From: Actinomycetes bacterium
GTDB lineage: Bacteria; Actinomycetota; Acidimicrobiia; Acidimicrobiales; Ilumatobacteraceae
Direction of reading: 5' to 3'
Assembly (NCBI GenBank): GCA_031413195.1
Contig: JANOEM010000147.1
Location: forward strand, 1-39,810
Length of the DNA: 39,810 nucleotides
In this document: piece after piece, positions 25,296 through 35,651 of the stretch
Position numbering within the stretch: position 1 is the stretch's first letter
How the letters are laid out: each line of letters starts with the position of its first letter
The notes under the pieces: generated by a model
Databases searched by the model: none
Told to the model about the DNA's origin: nothing
Seen by the model: only the letters and a program-made list of their open reading frames with translations
Translations under genes and position numbers: made by a program

Positions 25296-25676
25296 ATGAA
25301 CGTGCCGGATGACCTGTTGTACTCCACCGATCACGAGTGGATCGAACAGATCGACGGGGGAGTTCGGATCGGAATCACCGACTACGCCCAGGATGCCCTC
25401 GGTGATGTCGTCTTCGTGGCAATCCCAGTAGTCGGCACCCATGTCGCGGCCGGTGACAGCTTCGGTGAGGTCGAAAGTACGAAGTCGGTTTCCGATGTGT
25501 ACGCCCCGGTCACCGGCGTGATCACCCTCGTCAACGATGCCCTGGCCGATGATCCCGGCGCGCTCAACACGGATCCGTATGGCGGCGGCTGGCTATGTGT
25601 CATCGAGCCCAGCGACCCCCCGGAACTGAACGGGCTGCTCGACGCAGTCGCCTACCGCTCGCTGACCGAGGGTTAG
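25296..25676 (+). CDS. gcvH: Glycine cleavage system H protein
   Basis: MNVPDDLLYSTDHEWI...GITDYAQDALGDVVFV...GEVESTKSVSDVYAPVTG, with the lipoyl-lysine in ESTKS. ATG 25296 is preferred over the TTG at 25278. Confidence 0.9.
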   Translation: MNVPDDLLYSTDHEWIEQIDGGVRIGITDYAQDALGDVVFVAIPVVGTHVAAGDSFGEVESTKSVSDVYAPVTGVITLVNDALADDPGALNTDPYGGGWLCVIEPSDPPELNGLLDAVAYRSLTEG

Positions 25677-25686
25677 GGCTCACTTG

Positions 25687-26169
25687 ATGGCATACGTCTT
25701 CTGTAACCGTTGCGGTCACCGCAACCCACCTGAGTCGCAGTTCTGCTCGGCGTGTGGCACGACCCTTGACTCAGCTGCGGATCACACGATCACCCTCGCC
25801 AAGGTAGATCCGCTACTCGACGCACCTGGACCTGGCGACGACGTCTTGATCGACCTCAGTTCGCTTCCGGCAGAGGGCGGGGTCCTCATCGTGCGCAGCG
25901 GTTCGCAGGCGGGGGCCACATTCGCTCTCGCCGATCCCGTCACCCATCTCGGTCGGCATCCCGACAGTGAGATCATGCTCGACGACATCACCGTCTCGCG
26001 GCGTCACGCCGACGTCGAGCGCACACCGAGCGGATACATCGCTCGCGACGCCGGTTCGCTCAACGGCACATACGTGAATCAGCAACGGATCGATGAGGCG
26101 CCGTTGCGACAGGGTGACGAGTTGCAGGTCGGCAAGTTTCGGTTGGTGTTCTTCGAGCGGGCTCAGTAG
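25687..26169 (+). CDS. FHA-domain protein, GarA/OdhI-like, with an N-terminal zinc ribbon
   Basis: CNRCGHRNPPESQFCSACG (CxxC-x11-CxxC). The FHA core LGRHPDSEIMLDDITVSRRHADV...GSLNGTYVNQQRIDEAPLRQGDELQVGKFRLVF is near-identical in pattern to mycobacterial GarA (GRHPDSDIFLDDVTVSRRHAEF...GSLNGTYVN...IGKFRLVF). Confidence 0.85.
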   Translation: MAYVFCNRCGHRNPPESQFCSACGTTLDSAADHTITLAKVDPLLDAPGPGDDVLIDLSSLPAEGGVLIVRSGSQAGATFALADPVTHLGRHPDSEIMLDDITVSRRHADVERTPSGYIARDAGSLNGTYVNQQRIDEAPLRQGDELQVGKFRLVFFERAQ

Positions 26170-26176
26170 ACCTGCA

Positions 26177-27421
26177 GTGGCGGACCACCAATACCTCTCG
26201 ATCGGCGAAGTCCTCGGTCTGCTCCTCGAGGATTTTCCGGATGTCACCATCTCCAAGATCCGCTTCCTCGAGACCCAAGGACTGATCGAACCTGAGCGAA
26301 CCCCGTCGGGATATCGCAAGTTCTACGACGCCGATGTCGAACTGTTGCGCGCGATCCTGCACGAGCAGAAGGAAAACTTCCTGCCGCTGAAGGTCATCCG
26401 CGACCGGATTGAGTCCGGCGCGATAGACAGCGACTCCACCGGTGGTCGCACCCCACCGCGGGGTATTCGCAACGTCGAGCAGCGCGATGCTCGAACTGCG
26501 CTTGAGGCCGCCGGCCAAGATGGCGTGACTCGCGAGTCGCAGCCGACCGACAACGAATCGAGGGACAGCGTGTTCCGCCGCACCGATGGCGGACCCGAAT
26601 GGGCCGGTGGCCAGGCGCTGATCCCAGGCGAAACCAACGCTGTCCTCGGCGGACTCGGGCGCGGCGAGCACGGATCCGGCGCCCCGATCACCGCCGCCGT
26701 CCCCGTTACACCCGCCATCCCGTCAACCTCGGGCACGCAGTCGAAACCGGCAGTTGAGGCTGGGCGTGTGGTTGCGGCCGCGACGGTGATCGACTCCGTA
26801 GCGCAGCAGCCTGCCCCGGTACCAAAGTCGGGCCCGAAGATCTCGCAGCGGCCGGCGTCCGCGAAGCCCAAGGCGACAGTTGTCGCAGACCTGATCGAGC
26901 CTCTCGTGCGCCCGGACAACGACCCTGCCCGCGTCAGTCCACCCGCAACGCCCCAACCCTCTGCCGTCGACGAGGTCGATCCGGCGCCGGCGCGATCACG
27001 CAACGATTCTGCAGCAACCGTCGGCGGTGATGGGCGCGAGCTTCCGTACAGCCGGGATGAGCTGTGCAAGGCGGCGTCCATCACGGCGGCGCAACTGACA
27101 GAACTGCTGGAGTACAGCATCGTCAGTTCTCGCGGGACGGGGTTGGACACCAGCTTCCCGCCCGACGCCGTCGGGATTGCCAGCATCGCCGGCCAACTGC
27201 TCGCGCAAGGGATCGATGCGCGGCATCTTCGAGCGTGGCGCCAAGCAGCAGAGCGTGAATCGGCCTTGTTCGAGCAACGGATCATGCCGTTGCTTCGACA
27301 GCGCAATCCGCAGGCCCGCCAGAGCGCTCTGTCGTCGTTGAGCGAGCTGTCAGGTCTGGGTGCTCGCTTGCACGACGCGCTTGTCGACTCGCTCTTGCGA
27401 CACCACTTCGACGGCGCCTGA
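26177..27421 (+). CDS. MerR family transcriptional regulator (Rv1828/FtsR-like) with a long low-complexity linker
   Basis: GTG 26177. N-terminal HTH YLSIGEVLGLLLEDFPDVTISKIRFLETQGLIEPERTPSGYRKFY. A ~200-aa Pro/Ala/Ser-rich segment. The conserved C-terminal domain ELCKAASITAAQLTELLEYSIV...RHLRAWRQAAERESALFEQ. The position directly after the garA-like gene matches actinobacterial synteny. Confidence 0.8.
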   Translation: MADHQYLSIGEVLGLLLEDFPDVTISKIRFLETQGLIEPERTPSGYRKFYDADVELLRAILHEQKENFLPLKVIRDRIESGAIDSDSTGGRTPPRGIRNVEQRDARTALEAAGQDGVTRESQPTDNESRDSVFRRTDGGPEWAGGQALIPGETNAVLGGLGRGEHGSGAPITAAVPVTPAIPSTSGTQSKPAVEAGRVVAAATVIDSVAQQPAPVPKSGPKISQRPASAKPKATVVADLIEPLVRPDNDPARVSPPATPQPSAVDEVDPAPARSRNDSAATVGGDGRELPYSRDELCKAASITAAQLTELLEYSIVSSRGTGLDTSFPPDAVGIASIAGQLLAQGIDARHLRAWRQAAERESALFEQRIMPLLRQRNPQARQSALSSLSELSGLGARLHDALVDSLLRHHFDGA

Positions 27422-27510
27422 CGGCCAACCACCGACACCGCTGACCGATTTCGGCAACCGGCTGTCCCTTTGGTCGGATTCGCATTACGATCGGCAACGT
27501 GGACATTGCG

Positions 27511-27999
27511 ATGGAGTTGGTTGGTGTTCGTGTCGAAGTGCCAGACAACACGCCGGTTCTGGTGTTGCGTGAGCAAGAGGGTCGTCAGCGGATCCTGCCG
27601 ATCATGATCGGTAATCCCGAAGCGTCGTCCATCCACTTCGCGCTCGAAGGTGTGCGCGCGCCCCGGCCGATGACACACGACTTGTTCGTCGAAGTGCTCG
27701 AGATCCTCGGCGTAACCCTCCAGCGTGTAGTGGTGACCGAGATCCGCGATCACACGTACTACGCCGAACTGATGCTGCAGACACCAACGGGTGTCAAGAC
27801 GGTGTCGAGCCGGCCGTCGGACGCCCTCGCACTTGCGGCCCGAACCGGGGCCGAGATCTTCGCTACCGAGGAGTTGCTCGATGCAGTGGGTCAAGAGGGC
27901 GTCGTCGCCGCTGCGCTCGATTCCGACGGTGAAGAGGAATCGATCCTCGACGAGTTCCGCGACTTCATCGACAACATCAGTCCCGACGACTTCAGCTGA
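27511..27999 (+). CDS. Bifunctional nuclease family protein (DUF151, Rv1829-like)
   Basis: MELVGVRVEVPDNTPVLVLREQEGRQRILPIMIGNPEASSIHFALEGVRAPRPMTHDL...YYAELML is the DUF151 signature. An alternative GTG start lies at 27499. Confidence 0.85.
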   Translation: MELVGVRVEVPDNTPVLVLREQEGRQRILPIMIGNPEASSIHFALEGVRAPRPMTHDLFVEVLEILGVTLQRVVVTEIRDHTYYAELMLQTPTGVKTVSSRPSDALALAARTGAEIFATEELLDAVGQEGVVAAALDSDGEEESILDEFRDFIDNISPDDFS

Positions 28000-28048
28000 T
28001 CCGCATCAATACTTCCGCATCAATGCTGCGGTCAGTTGATGCTGCCCC

Positions 28049-28077
28049 TTGACGTCGCGCGCGGGTTGGCATACTGT
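28049..28077 (+). promoter_or_regulatory. Candidate sigma-A-type promoter TTGACG, 17 nt, TACTGT for the second MerR gene/gcvT
   Basis: -35 at 28049-28054 and -10 at 28072-28077, with a 17-nt spacer. Direct repeats tccgcatcaat (28000-28010, 28014-28024) precede it. A ~110-nt leader follows. Confidence 0.45.
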
Positions 28078-28152
28078 TGCAGCCCTTACACGGGCGTAAC
28101 TACGCACGTGTGATCGGTGGGGACTCTCAGGCTTCTCTTGGCAGTTCACGTA

Positions 28153-28178
28153 CAACGCATCACGAACAACGCATCACG
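28153..28178 (+). repeat. Perfect 12-bp direct repeat caacgcatcacg-aa-caacgcatcacg abutting the ribosome-binding site of the MerR gene
   Basis: Copies at 28153-28164 and 28167-28178. The GGAGG-like RBS (acggagg) begins inside the second copy; ATG is at 28188. Confidence 0.85.
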
Positions 28179-28187
28179 GAGGCAGCC

Positions 28188-28640
28188 ATGAGCGATCAGG
28201 GTTACAGCGGCACGAAAACCGCCGGAATTGTCGGTATCACCTATCGGCAACTCGACTATTGGACCCGAACGGGCCTGGTCAAGCCCTCGCTCGCCGACGC
28301 TTCTGGTAGCGGCACGAGACGCGAGTACTCGTACCGAGATCTGCTCGAACTGCGTGTCATCAAGAACCTGCTCGACGCCGGGATCAAGCTCGAGGCGGTT
28401 CGCGAAGTGTTCAGCTACCTGCGCGAGCACGTCACGTCCGACATCGCATCGGCACACATCGTGATCAGCGGCACCAACGTGGTGTTGTGCGATGGCGACG
28501 AACTGATCGACGTCTTGAAGAAGGGTCAGGGCGTGCTCAACGTGCTCCCGCTCGCCGCAGTGAAGGACGAGGTCGATATCAAGTTGGTCTCACTCGGAGG
28601 TTCGCCCGCAGTGGTCGCGAACGGCCACGTCGCGATCTGA
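28188..28640 (+). CDS. MerR family transcriptional regulator (Rv1830-like)
   Basis: ATG 28188 with RBS ACGGAGG. HTH KTAGIVGITYRQLDYWTRTGLVKPS...REYSYRDLLELRVIKNLLDAGIKLEAV. 150 aa. Confidence 0.8.
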   Translation: MSDQGYSGTKTAGIVGITYRQLDYWTRTGLVKPSLADASGSGTRREYSYRDLLELRVIKNLLDAGIKLEAVREVFSYLREHVTSDIASAHIVISGTNVVLCDGDELIDVLKKGQGVLNVLPLAAVKDEVDIKLVSLGGSPAVVANGHVAI

Positions 28641-28645
28641 CCGGC

Positions 28646-29701
28646 ATGGACGAACTGCAGTTGAGTGCGCTGGACACTGCGCATCGTTCACTCGGGGCGA
28701 AGATGGTCCCGTTCGGCGGATGGGACATGCCGTTGGCGTATCCGAACGGCACCATCGAGGAACACCTGGCATGTCGGCGTGACGCCGTTGCGTTCGATGT
28801 CTCGCACCTCGGCACGGTTCAGGTCAGTGGACCCGATGCTCGCGAGCGGTTGCAATGGGCTTTCACCAACGACCTCGGCAAGATCGCCCCTGGCCGGGCT
28901 CAGTACACCCATCTCCTCGACGAATCCGACGGATCTGTGCTCGATGACATCATCGTCTGGTGGGTCGACGAAGAAACCTTCGACGTCATGCCGAACGCGT
29001 CGAACACCGATCGCGTCCGCCACGCAATCGGTGGGCAGGAGACCACTCATTCGCGGGCTGTCATCGCGGTACAGGGGCCATCAGCCCGCTCGCGGCTTGC
29101 GACCGTCTTTCCGCAAGCAGCTGCGGTCAGGCGATTCCGGGTCGAACGAGTGCTGCTCGATGACATCCCGTGCGTCGTCGCCGGTACTGGCTACACCGGC
29201 GAGGATGGCCTTGAAATCGCCGTTCCGGCAGATTCGGCGCACGTCGTGTGGGATGCCATTCTCGCTGCGGGCATCGTTCCGGCCGGGCTCGGCGCACGCG
29301 ACACGCTGCGTCTGGAGGCTGCGTTGCCGCTGCACGGGCACGAACTCGGTGCAGGAATCACTCCGCTGCAGGCGGGACTCGGCTGGGTCGTCGCGTGGAG
29401 CAAGGGTGACTTCCGGGGTCGCGCTGCGCTAGAGGTCGAACAGGCCAGGGGTGTCGAACGCGTGCTGCGAGGTATCTCCACCGCCGGGCGGCGGCCGCCC
29501 CGAGAGGGCTGCGATGTGATCATCGCCGGCGAAGCTGTCGGGGTCGTGACGAGCGGCAACTTCTCGCCGGTGCTCGGGCATGGTATCGCTCTCGCCTTCC
29601 TGCCGCCGGAAGTCGAGCTGGGCGCCGAAATCGGGATCGACGTTCGCGGATCGTTGCTGCCAGGCCACGTGGTGCCCACCCCCTTCATCACCAAGCAGTA
29701 A
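28646..29701 (+). CDS. gcvT: Glycine cleavage system aminomethyltransferase T
   Basis: ATG 28646. LSALDTAHRSLGAKMVPFGGWDMPLAYPNGTIEEHLACRRDAVAFDVSHLG...GYTGEDGLEIAV...ARDTLRLEAALPLHGHEL. 351 aa. The upstream part of the track ORF overlaps the MerR gene. Confidence 0.9.
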   Translation: MDELQLSALDTAHRSLGAKMVPFGGWDMPLAYPNGTIEEHLACRRDAVAFDVSHLGTVQVSGPDARERLQWAFTNDLGKIAPGRAQYTHLLDESDGSVLDDIIVWWVDEETFDVMPNASNTDRVRHAIGGQETTHSRAVIAVQGPSARSRLATVFPQAAAVRRFRVERVLLDDIPCVVAGTGYTGEDGLEIAVPADSAHVVWDAILAAGIVPAGLGARDTLRLEAALPLHGHELGAGITPLQAGLGWVVAWSKGDFRGRAALEVEQARGVERVLRGISTAGRRPPREGCDVIIAGEAVGVVTSGNFSPVLGHGIALAFLPPEVELGAEIGIDVRGSLLPGHVVPTPFITKQ

Positions 29702-29715
29702 CTCCTCCCCGCCTC

Positions 29716-29819
29716 GTCACCCCCGACCCGAGGCTTTCGACCGCATCCGAGGCTTTCACGCGCTGACGGGCGCGCTCGAAAGCCTCGGCGCGCTCGAAAG
29801 CCTCGGATGCGGGGGTGAC
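29716..29819. terminator. 104-nt composite palindrome between convergent genes; likely a bidirectional, U-tract-less terminator or a repeat element
   Basis: The outer arms gtcaccccc (29716-29724) and gggggtgac (29811-29819) pair. ccgaggctttc occurs twice (29728, 29747) and its complement gaaagcctcgg twice (29778, 29796), the latter inside a tandem 18-bp unit cgcgctcgaaagcctcgg x2 (29771-29806). Nested pairing gives more than 30 bp of stem. Confidence 0.55.
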
Positions 29820-29832
29820 GCCTGCGAAGGGG

Positions 29833-30538
29833 TCAGCGCTTGGCCGCTGTCTTCTTAGCGGCTGTCTTCTTGGGTGCGGCTGCCTTCTTGGGTGTTGGCT
29901 TCTTGGGTGCTGGCGCCTTCTTTGCTGGGGCTTTGCGTGGCGCGGCCTTCTTCGCAGGTGCTTGCGCTTTGCGCGGGGCGGCTTTCTTGGGGGGTGCTGG
30001 GGGCGGGGGAGGGGCGACAACCACGACCGCCGCCGGCGGTGGCGGTGTCGCTTGTTGCGAGCCGCCTCCGAGGATCGAGGTGAACTGGCGAAGTCCGAAC
30101 AAACCGCCCGCTGACTCTGCCATCTGGGCCAACGGTTGCAGCCTGCGGGCCACTTCGCCGAGGATCTCGACGAAGCCGGCGACATCAGTCGGCATCGTGG
30201 CAAATGCCTGACTGTTCAGCACATCGGCCAGCCGGTTGATGCCGGGTGCGACCTTGTCGATCGGGCCGCTGATCTGGTTGATGACGGCATCCGCTGCTTT
30301 GATGCTGCGCGTCAATTGCGGCATGAACGCGCGGATCGGTTCCTCAACCTCGTCGAACAGGGCACTGGCGCGCACAGCGATGTCGTTGAAGGTTTCCATC
30401 GTGCGATTGAAGTTCTCGACCGCCGCGAGAAACTCGCTGACGCCTCGCTTCATCTGGTCGATCGTCTTGGTGATCGGCGCCAACAGGCCGGCCCCGCCCA
30501 TCAGTGCGATGAGATCACCGAAACCGGGTACTGAGTTG

Positions 30539-30546
<8 letters not shown>
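29833..30546 (-). CDS. Uncharacterised protein: ~160-aa helical N-domain, a poly-Pro/Ala/Val linker, and a histone-H1/HupB/HbhA-like Lys-Ala-Pro tail
   Basis: 237 aa. The tail is [56 protein letters not shown] 30546 overlaps the gcvP stop by 8 nt (ATGACTGA). Third-position G/C bias runs throughout. There is no signal peptide or TM helix. Confidence 0.75.
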
Positions 30547-33502
<2,956 letters not shown>

Positions 33503-33509
33503 GGGATCT

Positions 33510-33725
33510 CCTGATGGTCGCGAGGATGTAGACCCCCGCTGTCATCAGGCCTGAGAGCTTCGCCGCCCGAGATGTTGCTCCGACCGGTTTTCCCCTTCGG
33601 CGAGGTGCAAGCACCTACTTTCCAGCGTTGCCTGCCCAAACGGTCCAGGATGCCTGAGAGGTTCCGGGGTGGTTGCTCCTTCGGCGCCTCCGCAGCCACA
33701 GGTGCTGCTCGGGACTCTCCCGCAT
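33510..33725 (-). promoter_or_regulatory. Tandem glycine riboswitch (two aptamers) plus expression platform, 5' UTR of gcvP
   Basis: Minus strand, aptamer 1 (about 33642-33725): GGGAGAG...CGCCGAAGGAGCAAC...CCTCTCAGGC..GGAC. Aptamer 2 (about 33548-33627): CTGGAAAG...CGCCGAAGGGGAAAA...GCTCTCAGGCC. Then CCUGAUG...CAUCAGGAG, in which the 3' arm overlaps the AGGAG Shine-Dalgarno (33508-33512). Confidence 0.9.
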
Positions 33726-33766
33726 GGGTGTAGCGGCAGGGATCACGCTACCTCACCGTGGGTCGC

Positions 33767-35626
33767 TCAGCTCGGCTTCCAACGGTTGTCTCGAACGACG
33801 TCGAGGATCGCAACGGCGGATTCGATCCGGTTGAACGGAGGCATGATGTATGCACCGGCTACGCGATCCTGCACTGCCTCGAGCGCTTCGCGAGCGATCG
33901 CGATGCCCTCTGCTCGAGCCGCCGGACCGGAGCCGACGCGTGCCATCCGCTCGCGGTATGCCTCGGGGACCTGCATCCCGGGAACCTCGTTGTGGAGGAA
34001 CTCTGCATTTCGATGTGATGCGAGGGGAAGCAGGCCGACCATGATCGGAAGCCCGAGCGGTGAAGCATCGTCGATGAACGAAGCCAGGGTGTCCGGGTCG
34101 TACACGGGCTGGGTCATCACCAGCTCGGCGCCGGCAGCCTTCTTCAACTGCAGCCGGTGCAGCTCGCGGTCGCGATCGGCTGCGGCTGGCTCGGCACCGG
34201 TAGCGAGCACGAATGATGTCGCGCCCTCCAACTCCTTGCCGGCCGGATCGAAACCGGCGTTCATCGCGCTGGCGATCTCGAGCAGGCCGACGGAATCGAC
34301 GTCGTACACCGGGCTGGCGAACGCGTAGTCGCCCATCTTCGGTGGGTCACCGGTGATCAGGACGAGGTTGCGGATGCCCAGCGCATGGGCGCCCAACAAG
34401 TGCGCGATCAGGCCGAGATAGTTGCGGTCGCGACAGCAGACGTGCAGGATCGGTTCGGCACCGGTCTGCGCGATGACCTGCGCGCAGAATGCCATGTTGG
34501 ACATCCGCGATGTCGCGCGCGGGCCGTCGGCGACGTTGACGATGTCGATGCCGCCTGTCAACGTCTCGCCGACACGAGCGAGCGATCGAGTGCAATCGGT
34601 TCCCGACGGCGCACTGAGCTCTACCGACACGGCGAACTCGCCGCCGGCAATTCTCTTGCCGAGCCGGCTGCGTTCTGCGAGGGGCACGAGCGCTGCCCGC
34701 GGCGAGAACACGGCTGGATGGCTGTCGACGGGGGTTGAGGTCGATCGAGTCGGACCTCCGCCCATCATCCGGATCGCGCCGTGCATGGCCCGAACGTGAT
34801 CTGGGGTGGTGCCGCAGCACCCACCGATCAGGCGAACCCCCGACTTGAGCATCCGGCGGGCGAAAACCCCGAAGTGCTCGGGATTGGCAACGTAGATCGA
34901 TCGGCCGTCGACGACGCTTGGCAAGCCGGCGTTCGGTTGAATGGAGACGGGCGCTCCCGAGCCGGTCAGTCGGCGACCGACTTCGTACAGCTCCGGTGGT
35001 CCGAACCCGCAGTTGCCTCCGACGACATCAGCTCCAGCCGCGACGAGTCGAGCCGCGATCGCCTCCGGTGGCAAGACGCCCTCGACAAGGGTGTTCGCGT
35101 CATAGACCATCTGGGCGACGAGCGCGAGCTGTGGCGCAACCTCTCGGGCTGCTTCGAGCGCTGCTTCGATCTCGACGATCGACGAGAAGGTCTCGAGCAC
35201 GAGCAGGTCGACTCCGGCCTCGCTGAGGGTCGCGATCTGTTCGCGGAATGCATCGCGTGCAAGCTCGCGTTCGCTCTCGGTCGCGACGGCGAAGTTGACC
35301 CCGGTCGGACCGACTGCGCCGGCGATGAATGCCCCATCAGCGACCTCGCGAGCCAGCCCGACGGCCGCCCGGTTGATCTCGATGACCCGGTCGCCGTGGC
35401 CATGGCGGGTGAGCGTGATCCGGTTCGCTCCGAAGGTGTTGGTCTCGAGGATGTCCGCACCTGCTGCCCGGTACTGCCGATGGATGTCCTGGATCAGGTC
35501 GGGGCGCGACAGGTTGAGCTCGTCGTAGGAGTTCGTGTGCATCACTCCACGGTCGTAGAGCAACGACCCCATCGCTCCGTCGAACAGCAGCGGACGTTCG
35601 GCCAGGGCCTCGAGAAAGGAAGACAC
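33767..35626 (-). CDS. yitJ: Bifunctional homocysteine S-methyltransferase / 5,10-methylenetetrahydrofolate reductase (YitJ-like)
   Basis: The N-terminal Hcy-binding domain (LLFDGAMGSLLYDRG, zinc cysteines in GGNCGFGP and IGGCCGTTPDH) is fused to an MTHFR domain (FAVSVELSAP...ILHVCCRDRN...LVLITGDPP...MTQPVYD). GTG start at 35626. Confidence 0.85.
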   Translation of the reverse strand: MSSFLEALAERPLLFDGAMGSLLYDRGVMHTNSYDELNLSRPDLIQDIHRQYRAAGADILETNTFGANRITLTRHGHGDRVIEINRAAVGLAREVADGAFIAGAVGPTGVNFAVATESERELARDAFREQIATLSEAGVDLLVLETFSSIVEIEAALEAAREVAPQLALVAQMVYDANTLVEGVLPPEAIAARLVAAGADVVGGNCGFGPPELYEVGRRLTGSGAPVSIQPNAGLPSVVDGRSIYVANPEHFGVFARRMLKSGVRLIGGCCGTTPDHVRAMHGAIRMMGGGPTRSTSTPVDSHPAVFSPRAALVPLAERSRLGKRIAGGEFAVSVELSAPSGTDCTRSLARVGETLTGGIDIVNVADGPRATSRMSNMAFCAQVIAQTGAEPILHVCCRDRNYLGLIAHLLGAHALGIRNLVLITGDPPKMGDYAFASPVYDVDSVGLLEIASAMNAGFDPAGKELEGATSFVLATGAEPAAADRDRELHRLQLKKAAGAELVMTQPVYDPDTLASFIDDASPLGLPIMVGLLPLASHRNAEFLHNEVPGMQVPEAYRERMARVGSGPAARAEGIAIAREALEAVQDRVAGAYIMPPFNRIESAVAILDVVRDNRWKPS

Positions 35627-35651
35627 GTCGGCGAACGATAGCTATCAGGAG

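Noticed and set aside
26323-27894. 523-aa minus-strand ORF antisense to the MerR and DUF151 genes
   Set aside because: It is a by-product of the low-complexity GC-rich linker on the + strand and has no motifs.
29840-30211. 123-aa + strand ORF rich in Ala/Gly/Phe ([17 protein letters not shown]...)
   Set aside because: It is the antisense reading of the KAAP repeat codons. It overlaps the better-supported minus-strand gene, which is coupled to gcvP.
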